This document shows, one piece after another, positions 14,606-23,298 of a DNA stretch of 64,000 nucleotides. The stretch is from positions 13,090 through 77,089 of the forward strand of contig VGPD01000002.1 in NCBI GenBank assembly GCA_016875635.1, written 5' to 3'. How positions within the stretch are numbered: position 1 is the stretch's first letter; every line of letters starts with the position of its first letter. Origin of the DNA: Chloroflexota bacterium (GTDB taxonomy: Bacteria > Chloroflexota > Dehalococcoidia > UBA2979). Position numbers and translations under genes: made by a program. The notes below the pieces were generated by a model, which was given only the letters and a program-made list of their open reading frames with translations, ran no database searches and was not told the DNA's origin.

Positions 14606-17128
14606 GTGACTCCAGCTTTCCGCAGCCTGCTTAAGAAGGTTCTCGGCGCCACGCCCGAGGACGGTGATTCAGCCGCCTCCGCCCCTCCTCCGCCCGCCCA
14701 GTACGATCTAGGCGGCGATGACCGCCCTGACACGGCGCCTCGTGCTGACGACGGCGATGATGCCGACGGCGATGATGGCTCGCCACGTCGCCGTCGCGGT
14801 CGTCGAGGCGGTCGCAATCGTCGCAAACACTCCGAAGACGAGGCAGCCGATCCGGTAGCCGCTTCCACCCCACCCGCCGCCCGACCGGCTACGCGCCCGG
14901 CCACCGCCTTGGCCTCGCGTTCCATCGTGATCGCGCGTCGCCGCCCGGCGGGCACGCCCGCCCCGGTCGTCGCACCCGCGGAGACGCGCTCGTACGGGTG
15001 GGGTCGTCGGGTGGACGGTGACGACGCCCGCGACGGCGACCGTGGCCGCCGCGGTAACCGTCGCGTGGTCCGATCTCGCGACCAGCAGCACGAGCCGCCC
15101 CTCCCGGAAGACGTTGCGTTTCGGTCGCCGCCCGAGGGAGGCGACCGGACGATCTTCCCGGGGCGCCGTCGTCGTCCACAGGTCATCCGCGAGGATGAGC
15201 GCGTGCTGCTCGCGGGGCCGCGGAGCCTCGGTGGGTGGATCGAACACGACATTCCGCTGCAGCCGTACGAGGCCTACCTGCCGCGTCCGTATGCGGTCGC
15301 TGTCGCCCTCGGCGTGCACGACCCCTTTGCCCTAGTCACGCCGCAAGGTGTGGCAGTGGACCCCGACCTGGTGCCAGCGGTCGACCCGCAGGCGATCGCC
15401 CTCGAGGTAGAGGCGATCACCGAGGCTGCGCTGGCGCCGGCAGAAGCCGATGGCACTTCGCCGGCCGGCGAAGGCGAAGGTGCGCAGAAACGTCGCCGTC
15501 GTGGACGCCGTGGCGGGCGTAACCGCCGCCGCAGTGCTGACGGCGTCTCGTTCGACGGCGCGACGGACGAAATCGATGCCGCCGTTGACGAGATCACGAG
15601 TGCGGTGGGCCTCGAAGAAGGCGCACCTGCAGTGAGCGAGTTCGACGCGATCGAGACGCTGGCGCCCGCCACGGTCGATGCGAGTGTCCATGTCGTGCCA
15701 CATCAGGCAGCGGCGCCGGAGATCGAGCGCATTGCCGTGACGCCAGAGCGTGGTCGTGTACCTGATGAAGATGACCGGCCGCGTGTTGAACGAAGGCGCA
15801 GCACTCGGACACGAAGCGCCGACGCCACATCGGTCCGTGCGGAGGCGACTGCCGCGTCCGAGGCGGCTCCCGCGCAGGCGCCTGAGGCGCGAACGGCCAC
15901 ACGTCGGGCACGGCCTGCGACGGCCACCGCCGACCCGTCAACGTACCCGCAGGCGTTTGTCGGGCTGGGCGCCACGGAGCGGACGCTTCCGGCGCTGGCC
16001 TCGTTCGGATTCCAGACCCCGACGCCGATCCAGGAGCAGGCGATCCCTGCCCTCATGGGTGGCCGCGACGTGGTGGGCATCGCGAAGACCGGTTCGGGCA
16101 AGACCGTCGCGTTCGGCGTGCCGATGGTAGAGAAACTGGACGCCGACCTCGGCGAAGTGCAGGGCATCGTGCTGGTGCCGACGCGTGAACTCGCGCAGCA
16201 GGTCCTTGAGGTGCTCCAGCTGCTGGCCGCCCCGCGCGGCATGCAGGCGATCGGCCTGCTGGGCGGGCACGCGATCCGGAACGACCTCCAGGCCCTGGAA
16301 CGCCGCCCGCAGATCGTCGTGGGGACGCCCGGACGGATCATCGACCACCTGCAGCGCGGCACCCTCTCGCTCCGCCTGGTGACGTATGCCGTGCTCGACG
16401 AGGCCGACCAGATGCTGGACATCGGCTTCCTGCCGGACATTCGCCGCATCCTGAGCCGCACTCCGAAGCGACGCCAGACCGCGCTGTTCTCCGCGACGAT
16501 GCCCGGGAGCATCCGGCGGTTGATCTGGCAGTTCATGTCCGACACTCAGCAGGTCGCGGTCGACGCGGAGTCGACGCCGGTGGAGTCGATCGAGCAGATC
16601 TACTTCGAGGTCGCCCATCGCGACAAAGCGGCGGGTCTGCGCGAGCTGATCGAGCGCGAGCTGAAGGGGCGCACGCTGGTCTTCTGCAAGACGAAGCGCG
16701 CGGTAGATATGCTGGAGGCGAACCTCTCGCGCATGGGTGTCCGCGTCGGTGCGTTGCATGGCGACATGGACCAGCGCCACCGTGACCACGTCATCGCCGA
16801 CTTCCGCTCGGGTGCGCTCGACGTCCTCGTGGCGACGAATGTGGCGGCGCGCGGGCTGGACATCCCGGAGATCACCCACGTCCTCAATTTCGACGTCCCC
16901 CAGAACCCCGAGGAGTACGTCCACCGGATCGGCCGGACCGGCCGCGCCGGCCGGGAGGGCAAAGCGATCACATTCGTCTCCGAGTGGGACATGGCCGAGT
17001 TCGACGCGATCCGTGCCGAGTTCGGTGACCGCCTCCACGAAGAGCGGTTGGACCTCTACCGCCCTCGTACCCCTCTCCGCTCTGCTTCTCTGGAGACGGA
17101 TTCCGGGGCAGCCCCCGCCGCTGATTAG
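14606..17128 (+). CDS. DEAD-box ATP-dependent RNA helicase with ~420-aa disordered Arg/Asp/Ala/Pro-rich N-terminal extension
   Basis: Q-motif (FGFQTPTPIQEQAIP), Walker A AKTGSGKT, DEAD (VLDEADQM), SAT, HRIGRTGRAG. GTG start at 14606 with an AAGGA RBS. The N-terminal repeat RRRRGRRGGRNRR occurs twice. Confidence 0.8.
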   Translation: MTPAFRSLLKKVLGATPEDGDSAASAPPPPAQYDLGGDDRPDTAPRADDGDDADGDDGSPRRRRGRRGGRNRRKHSEDEAADPVAASTPPAARPATRPATALASRSIVIARRRPAGTPAPVVAPAETRSYGWGRRVDGDDARDGDRGRRGNRRVVRSRDQQHEPPLPEDVAFRSPPEGGDRTIFPGRRRRPQVIREDERVLLAGPRSLGGWIEHDIPLQPYEAYLPRPYAVAVALGVHDPFALVTPQGVAVDPDLVPAVDPQAIALEVEAITEAALAPAEADGTSPAGEGEGAQKRRRRGRRGGRNRRRSADGVSFDGATDEIDAAVDEITSAVGLEEGAPAVSEFDAIETLAPATVDASVHVVPHQAAAPEIERIAVTPERGRVPDEDDRPRVERRRSTRTRSADATSVRAEATAASEAAPAQAPEARTATRRARPATATADPSTYPQAFVGLGATERTLPALASFGFQTPTPIQEQAIPALMGGRDVVGIAKTGSGKTVAFGVPMVEKLDADLGEVQGIVLVPTRELAQQVLEVLQLLAAPRGMQAIGLLGGHAIRNDLQALERRPQIVVGTPGRIIDHLQRGTLSLRLVTYAVLDEADQMLDIGFLPDIRRILSRTPKRRQTALFSATMPGSIRRLIWQFMSDTQQVAVDAESTPVESIEQIYFEVAHRDKAAGLRELIERELKGRTLVFCKTKRAVDMLEANLSRMGVRVGALHGDMDQRHRDHVIADFRSGALDVLVATNVAARGLDIPEITHVLNFDVPQNPEEYVHRIGRTGRAGREGKAITFVSEWDMAEFDAIRAEFGDRLHEERLDLYRPRTPLRSASLETDSGAAPAAD

Positions 17129-17236
17129 TCCTCGCCGGGAAATCCCCTGCGAGCTTGCGCGCGTACACTACGGGCACCTGGGCGCGCCATGGCGTCGGGA
17201 TCAGAGCGGCGCGTGCCGCCGGCTGGGGGGTAAGGC

Positions 17237-18233
17237 GATGCGGCGACTCTCGATTGGCGTGAACTGGCAGGGCGCGTTCGACCTCAACGAGGTGATCGAA
17301 CAGGCGAAAGTCGCCGACGACGCCGGGGTCGAACTGCTCTCGATCGCGGAGGCATGGGGACGGGACGCGCTCACGCTGCTCGCAGTGCTGGCGCGGGAGA
17401 CGTCTCGCATCAAACTCGGCACGTCAATCGTCAACATCTTCTCGCGGACGCCGGCGGCGCTGGCGCAGCATTTCGCGACGCTGGACGAACTCTCAGGCGG
17501 TCGCATGTTGATCGGCCTCGGTTCCTCGGGGCCGAATGTCATCGAGCACTTCCACGGGATGCCGTTCGACCGGCCGCTGCAGCGGACTCGCGAGTACATC
17601 GAGATCATCAACATGATCATGGCCGAGCAGCCGCTGAACTACAACGGCAAGATCTTCAAGCTGGAGCGCGGGTTCACCCTGCGCTTCAAGCCGGTACGTC
17701 CGCACATCCCGATCCACATCGCTTCGATCACACCGAAGAGTCTGCAGCAGACCGCGCGGCTGGCGGACGGCTGGATCCCGATCTTCCTGCCGAAGCCGCA
17801 GTGGAAGCCGCAGCTCGACGCGTTCTACTCGATGGTGGATGCAGCCGGCCGCCAGCGCTCTGAGGTGGACGTGCGGAACCCCAGTGCCGTGGTCGTCTCG
17901 GAGAACCGCGAGGCGGTAAAGGCGGCCGAGGCGGGTAACGCAGCGTTCTATATTGCGCGCATGGGCGACTTCTACTATGAGCACTTTTCCCGCATGGGGT
18001 ACGCCGACGAGGCGAACGCGGTGCGACGCGCGTGGGCGGACGGCGGTTCCGCCGCCGGCGCTGCCGCGCTCCCGCGTGACCTGGTGGAGGACCTGAGCAC
18101 CGTCGGCTCGGTGGACGAGTGCGTCGACGCACTCGAAGAGGCGCGAGAGGCCGGCTTCACGCTCCACGGTGTGAGCGTGCACGAGCGCGACCCGAAGAAG
18201 CGGTACGAGATCTACCGGCGCCTCGTCGGGTAG
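17237..18233 (+). CDS. LLM-class (luciferase-like) flavin/F420-dependent oxidoreductase
   Basis: TIM-barrel LLM signatures (LLSIAEAWG, RIKLGTSIVNI, GRMLIGLGSSGP). Start at internal ATG 17237, 331 aa. Confidence 0.7.
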
Positions 18234-18290
18234 TCCTGGCGGGATGCCTGACGTCCTGATCCCGGCCTCCCTTCACGAGCCGGCGCGGCG

Positions 18291-18764
18291 ATGCGAGGCG
18301 ATCGGTTGACGGCGACGGAGACACGCGCGGCGCTGGCGAGGGTGTTGCAGTCGGCGGCGGTGGCCGGCGATTTGTCGACGGCGATCCGGCAGCACGTCTC
18401 ACCGTCGATCGTGGTGCATATGCCGAACGGCGAGGTGGGCCAGGGGCAGGGTGCCGTCGCGTTCCTGGATGAGGGTTATGCGGCGTTCCCGGACCTGACG
18501 CTGACGTTCGAGAGTCTCGACGACCGTGCGGCGGCGCAGTTCACGATGGAAGGCACCCACACCGGGCCATTCCGGGGCTTCCTCCCGACCGGGAAGGTCG
18601 TCCACCTGCCCATCTGTCTGATCGCCAGGGTGGAGGCGGGCCTCATCGCGGAGATCTGGTATTACGCAAATCTCTACGCGCCTCTGGTGGACACGCTGAT
18701 GCCGCTACCTGACTCGCCCCCGAGCATGTCAGGTAGCGCTGTTTCCGGCATAGTGGACGGGTGA
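18291..18764 (+). CDS. SnoaL-like / NTF2-fold protein (ester-cyclase-like), paralog 1
   Basis: Conserved FTMEGTHTGPFRGFLPTGK...WYYANLYAPL. Tandem paralog of the next gene. Confidence 0.5.
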   Translation: MRGDRLTATETRAALARVLQSAAVAGDLSTAIRQHVSPSIVVHMPNGEVGQGQGAVAFLDEGYAAFPDLTLTFESLDDRAAAQFTMEGTHTGPFRGFLPTGKVVHLPICLIARVEAGLIAEIWYYANLYAPLVDTLMPLPDSPPSMSGSAVSGIVDG

Positions 18765-19192
18765 GTACCGAAGCGACCCGTGCGGTCGTCCTCCAGATGC
18801 TGCAGGAAGCCAGAGTCACAGGCGACCTGGCGTCAGCCGTCCGGACCCATGCGGGTTCGGGCTTCGTGATTCATCTGGCGAATGGCGAGAGTGGCGGGAT
18901 CGAGTTTGCCGCCGCCGCCGCCCGCGAGATGTACGAGGCGTTCCCGGACGTTGCACTGACACTCGAGGGCTTCCTCGCCGAGGGCGACCGTTCAGTCGTC
19001 CAATTCGTCATGAACGGGACACACACGGGCAGTCTCCGCGGCTTCGCGCCGACCGGAAAGACGGTCAGCATTCCGATCGCGCTTGGCCTCGGCGTGGAGG
19101 GCTCTCAGCTCGCCGAGGTCTGGCTCTACGCCAATCTGTTCGCCCCTCTGATTGCGACCTACGCCGAATCGCATTCGGAAGAGGCGGGGTAG
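18761..19192 (+). CDS. SnoaL-like / NTF2-fold protein (ester-cyclase-like), paralog 2
   Basis: FVMNGTHTGSLRGFAPTGK...WLYANLFAPL. 4-nt overlap with paralog 1. Confidence 0.5.
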   Translation: MSTEATRAVVLQMLQEARVTGDLASAVRTHAGSGFVIHLANGESGGIEFAAAAAREMYEAFPDVALTLEGFLAEGDRSVVQFVMNGTHTGSLRGFAPTGKTVSIPIALGLGVEGSQLAEVWLYANLFAPLIATYAESHSEEAG

Positions 19193-19200
19193 TCCAGACC

Positions 19201-20460
19201 ATGTCGTCTGTCCTTCGCCATGATCCTGGCGCGGCGATGCGCCTGCCGGCGTTTCGCGCATACGTGATCTCTCGCGCGACGAGCGGAGCGGCGATGACGA
19301 TTGTCCAAGCGGTCATCGCTTGGCAGGTGTACGAGATTTCAGGGTCGACCCTCCAGCTGGGCATGATTGGCCTCGTGCGGTTCGTGCCGGCGCTCGGCGT
19401 CAGCCTGATCGGCGGCGCGGCGGCCGACGTGTACGACCGGCGTCGGATCATCCTGCTGGCGCAGGCCGCACCGCTTCTCGCGACGCTGGTCGTCATCGCT
19501 GCGATCGCGAGTGGCGAGGTGTCCCTGTTGCTCCTCTACGCCGTGGTGCTGGTGTCCGGCCTCGCGTCATCGTTCGAGAACCCGGCGCGCCAGGCGTTGC
19601 TGCCGCAGATCGTCCCGCGCGAGGCCTTCACGAACGCGATCACGGTGAACTCCACCGTGCAGTCGCTCTCGTTCGTCACCGGCCCCACCATGGCCGGTTT
19701 CCTGATCGGCTGGAGCGGCGAGGGTGCGGCGTATCTCGCGTCGGCGGGGTGCACGTTGGTCGCCGTGGTTTCGATGTTGTTTGTCCGCGGTGTTGCGCCA
19801 TCCACGGCCCGCGGGCGGGTGACGTGGGAGATGATTCGGGAGGGCGTCTCCTTCGTCCGGCACCGTCCTGTGCTCCTGGGCGCGATGACGCTCGACATGT
19901 TCGCGGTGATCCTGGGCGGCGCGAAGGCGCTGCTGCCGGTGTATGCGACCGACATTCTCCACGTCGGCGCGGTGGGGTACGGCGTCCTCTCAGGCTCGCT
20001 GGAGGTCGGCGCGCTGCTGATGTCCGGGGTGATGATCTGGCTTCCACCGGTCCGCCAGACCGGCCGGGTGCTGCTCGCCTCGGTGGCGGCGTTTGGTCTC
20101 GCCACGATCGCCTTCGGCCTGTCGCGGTCGTTCCCAGTGGCGGTGGTGGCGTACGCGCTGGTCGGAATGTCCGACCAGGTGAGCGTTGTGATGCGCCAGA
20201 CGACGATCCAGCTGGCGACGCCTGACGCACTGCGCGGGCGCGTGACCGCCGTGAACGCTGTGTTCATCTCCGCGTCCAACCAGCTGGGGATGGTGGAGTC
20301 CGGCCTGGTCGCGGCGGTGGCCGGTGCGACGTTCGCGGTGGTCTCCGGCGGCGCGGGATGCATCGCCATCGTCGCGCTGATGGCCGCCCGCGTGCCGTCG
20401 TTGCGCCGGTACCGGACAGACGCTTCCGAGGGTGGCACGGAGACGATGGCGGCGGGCTAG
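19201..20460 (+). CDS. MFS transporter (EntS/efflux-like)
   Basis: About 12 predicted TM helices, and a GxLaDrxdRRrilL-type MFS motif (AADVYDRRRIIL). Confidence 0.75.
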   Translation: MSSVLRHDPGAAMRLPAFRAYVISRATSGAAMTIVQAVIAWQVYEISGSTLQLGMIGLVRFVPALGVSLIGGAAADVYDRRRIILLAQAAPLLATLVVIAAIASGEVSLLLLYAVVLVSGLASSFENPARQALLPQIVPREAFTNAITVNSTVQSLSFVTGPTMAGFLIGWSGEGAAYLASAGCTLVAVVSMLFVRGVAPSTARGRVTWEMIREGVSFVRHRPVLLGAMTLDMFAVILGGAKALLPVYATDILHVGAVGYGVLSGSLEVGALLMSGVMIWLPPVRQTGRVLLASVAAFGLATIAFGLSRSFPVAVVAYALVGMSDQVSVVMRQTTIQLATPDALRGRVTAVNAVFISASNQLGMVESGLVAAVAGATFAVVSGGAGCIAIVALMAARVPSLRRYRTDASEGGTETMAAG

Positions 20461-22202
20461 GCGTCTGGCCCGTCTGCGGCCGCGACGCCGGTCGGGCGTT
20501 CGTCCCGATCATTCCGATGGCGTAACCGTTCGACGACCGCGCCGGCGGCGCTGGCGGCCTTTGCAGCCTGCCCGACAGCCGCCTCGCGTGCCTCGTCGAG
20601 GCGGGGGAGCGATTCGCCGATGACCTCGCCGAGGTTGCGGAGCGCGTGGAACGGGCCGCCTAGTGGGACGCCGATGCTGTTCAGACGCGCCTCGCGGCGC
20701 TGACGGCGCTGGCTGCCCTTGCCCCGCATCGCCTCGGCAAGCGCACGGCGTACGGCGGGGCGCATGAGGCGGACCGCCGCCGTCGGATCCGTGTGCGCGC
20801 CACCCGGGGGCTCCGCGATCAGGCTGTCCACGACGCCGAGCGTGAGGAGGTCCGCTGCCGCGACGCCCAACGCCTCGGCGACCTCCGGTGCACGGGAGCG
20901 GTCGCGGTAGAGGATCGCGGCGGCACCCTCCGGCGACGTGATCGCGTACATCGCATTTTGCTGCATGAGTACGCGGTCGGCCCAGGTGAGCGCCAGCGCT
21001 CCGCCGGACCCGCCTTCGCCGATCACGACGGCGACGGTCGGCGTGGTGAGCGACGCCATCGTCGCGAGGCAGTCCGAGATCGTGCCCGCGAGGCCCGCTT
21101 CCTCGTCGGCAATGCCATCGTGCGCACCCGGGGTGTCGACAAAAGTGACCAATGGCAGGCGCAGTCGCTCCGCGAGCAGCATCAGCCGCTTCGCCTTGCG
21201 ATAGCCGGCGGGCGAGACCCGTCCGTCATGCCGCTCGCCCTCGATCGAGAGGTCGCCGCGCTCCTGGCCGATCAACACCACGTTCGTGTCACCGATGCGG
21301 CCGAGGCCGCCGACGAGCGCGGGGTCGTCCACGCCGCTCCGGTCACCGCGGAGCGGGAAGAAGTCAGTGGCCAGCGCCTGGATGTAATGCAGGGCGCGTG
21401 GGCGCCCCTCGTGGCGGGCCCGCGCGACTGTGGCCCAGCCGCGTTCTAGGTTGCGCGCCTCCACCACGTTCGGGAGCGTATCGAGGTCTGGCGGACTGGT
21501 CGGGCGCAGCAGGTCAAGGGCGGTGATGAGCGCGTGGCGCAGCCCCTCGCGCGGTGCGACAAGGTCGACCAGGCCACGCTCATAGAGGTCTTCGGCGTAC
21601 AGCGTCTCGCGCTCCTCGCCAGTGTCGTGGACGGCGCGGACGCGCGGGCCCGCGAAGCCGATGAGCGCACCCGCCTCGGCGACCAGGATGTCGCCCTGGG
21701 TGCCGTAGGAAGCGAATACGCCACCGGTGGTGGGGTTCGCGAGCAGAGTCACCATCGGCACGCCGGCCTCGTGCAGCCGCTGCGCGGCGGCGGCGGTCTT
21801 CGCCATCTGCAGGAGGGCGACCATGCCCTCCTGCATGCGGGCGCCCCCGGAGCAGGTCACGGCGAGGAACGGGGTCTTCGCCTCGCGGGCGCGTTCCATC
21901 GCATGCGCCACGCGTTCGCCGACGGCGTACCCCATGGAGCCACCGATGAAGCGGAAGTCGGAGACGGCGACGACGACCGGGAGGCCGCCGATGTGCGCTG
22001 CGCCGGTGAGCACGGCCTCTTTGCCGCCCGACTGCTCGCGGGCTTCCTTCACCCGCTCGACGTACGGCCTCGAATCCTCGAAGTGAAGCGGGTCGGGCGT
22101 GCCGATGCCGGCGAACTCCTCCGAGAACGAGCCTTCGTCGAAGAGCAGGTCTACCCACTCGCGTGCTGAGATCGAGGGTGCCGGAGCAGGGATTTCGGCC
22201 AC
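20457..22202 (-). CDS. accDA: fused acetyl-CoA carboxylase carboxyltransferase beta-alpha (AccD-AccA) lacking the AccD zinc ribbon
   Basis: The N-terminal half aligns with AccD (AREWVDLLFDEGSF...AVSDFRFIGGSMG...MQEGMVALLQMAKT). The C-terminal half aligns with AccA (GRPRALHYIQ...RIGDTNVVLIGQERG...YRKAKRLMLLAERLRLPLVTFVDTPGA). Start chosen at the GTG with GGAGG RBS; upstream ORF-track residues are low-complexity. Confidence 0.75.
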   Translation of the reverse strand: MAEIPAPAPSISAREWVDLLFDEGSFSEEFAGIGTPDPLHFEDSRPYVERVKEAREQSGGKEAVLTGAAHIGGLPVVVAVSDFRFIGGSMGYAVGERVAHAMERAREAKTPFLAVTCSGGARMQEGMVALLQMAKTAAAAQRLHEAGVPMVTLLANPTTGGVFASYGTQGDILVAEAGALIGFAGPRVRAVHDTGEERETLYAEDLYERGLVDLVAPREGLRHALITALDLLRPTSPPDLDTLPNVVEARNLERGWATVARARHEGRPRALHYIQALATDFFPLRGDRSGVDDPALVGGLGRIGDTNVVLIGQERGDLSIEGERHDGRVSPAGYRKAKRLMLLAERLRLPLVTFVDTPGAHDGIADEEAGLAGTISDCLATMASLTTPTVAVVIGEGGSGGALALTWADRVLMQQNAMYAITSPEGAAAILYRDRSRAPEVAEALGVAAADLLTLGVVDSLIAEPPGGAHTDPTAAVRLMRPAVRRALAEAMRGKGSQRRQRREARLNSIGVPLGGPFHALRNLGEVIGESLPRLDEAREAAVGQAAKAASAAGAVVERLRHRNDRDERPTGVAAADGPDA

Positions 22203-22317
22203 GTGCAGGCCTCCATTCGGTGGCGTCCGAGAAGCCACACCCGGACACATATCCATTGTAGGCACAGCGGGTGCCGCCTTTGTACGGGGCGTCACTGATC
22301 CCCCGGGTCGGGGGTGC

Positions 22318-23202
22318 CTACGAGCGTGTTGTCCGAGATGGTGGAGGGCCGAAGAAGGCGCGGACGGCGTCGACCGTCTGGGCGGTCTGGTTGTGATGGA
22401 CCCAGTGACCAGCGTTCGGAATGGTGACAGTGCGTGAGTCGGGGAAATACTCGTCCAGCGGGCGGTTGTTGATCTTGCTCTGGTGCGGGTGCGAACTGCC
22501 ACCGATCAGGTGCAGGACGGGCGCGCGGACTTCCCGCCAAGCGGCAGCCAGGTCCTCGCGGGTGAGTTCCGGCAGAGGGCGGGACCGCACCCACTGGTCG
22601 AACTTCCACATGTAGCCGCCGTCGACCTTGCGCGTGCCCCAGCGGGCGAGGTGTTCTGCCAGTTCCAGCGTCAGCGAGCGGTTGGCCGCGCGCACGCGGG
22701 CGACGGTGTCCTCGAAGGTCGGGAAGACGCGCGGCGTCTGGTGTTCCCAGGAGCGAAGGTCGCTCGCCCACCAGCGGAAGCGCTGGGGCGCCAGCGGGCG
22801 CGGGTTGTCCTCCAGCCGCGCGCCCGCGCCCTCGATCGAGACGATGCGGTCAAATTTCTCCGGGAAGAGCCCCGCCGTGAGCAGGGTGATCTCGCCGCCG
22901 AAGGAGTGGGAGATGACGCGCACCGGGCCGCCGACGACGTCGATCAGCGCGAGCAGGTCCAGCATGTGCTCGGTGATGCCGTAGAGACTGCCGGTGGCCC
23001 ACTCCGAGTCGCCGTGACCGCGCAGGTCGCATGCGACAACGCGGTACCCGTCTGCGAACGGCTCGGCGATGCGGTCCCAGCTGCGTGCGTGGTCGCGGCC
23101 GCCGTGCATCAGGATGAGCGGCGGTGCGTCCGCGGCACCCCATGCCCAGTAGGACAGCCGCAGTCGCTGCGACTCGTAGAACTGCTGCTCCGGCTCCGCC
23201 AC
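22318..23202 (-). CDS. alpha/beta-fold hydrolase
   Basis: LILMHGGRDHARSWD...HSFGG nucleophile elbow. GTG start at 23202. The upstream part of the 768-aa ORF is antisense to the divergent gene. Confidence 0.6.
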   Translation of the reverse strand: MAEPEQQFYESQRLRLSYWAWGAADAPPLILMHGGRDHARSWDRIAEPFADGYRVVACDLRGHGDSEWATGSLYGITEHMLDLLALIDVVGGPVRVISHSFGGEITLLTAGLFPEKFDRIVSIEGAGARLEDNPRPLAPQRFRWWASDLRSWEHQTPRVFPTFEDTVARVRAANRSLTLELAEHLARWGTRKVDGGYMWKFDQWVRSRPLPELTREDLAAAWREVRAPVLHLIGGSSHPHQSKINNRPLDEYFPDSRTVTIPNAGHWVHHNQTAQTVDAVRAFFGPPPSRTTRS

Positions 23203-23298
23203 CAGCCACTCCAAACACCTCGGCCGGAGCGTACCACCGAGGCCGCCCGCGTTCCGGGGCGCGTTGCCATCGCGTGCGTGCGCTCGTACCGTCGCATC

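Noticed and set aside
22483-23298. N-terminal 270 aa of the 809-aa plus-strand ORF
   Set aside because: It overlaps the well-supported alpha/beta hydrolase gene on the other strand and has no domain signal. The real gene (APH-like kinase) starts at a GTG near 23299, after a 95-bp divergent intergenic gap.
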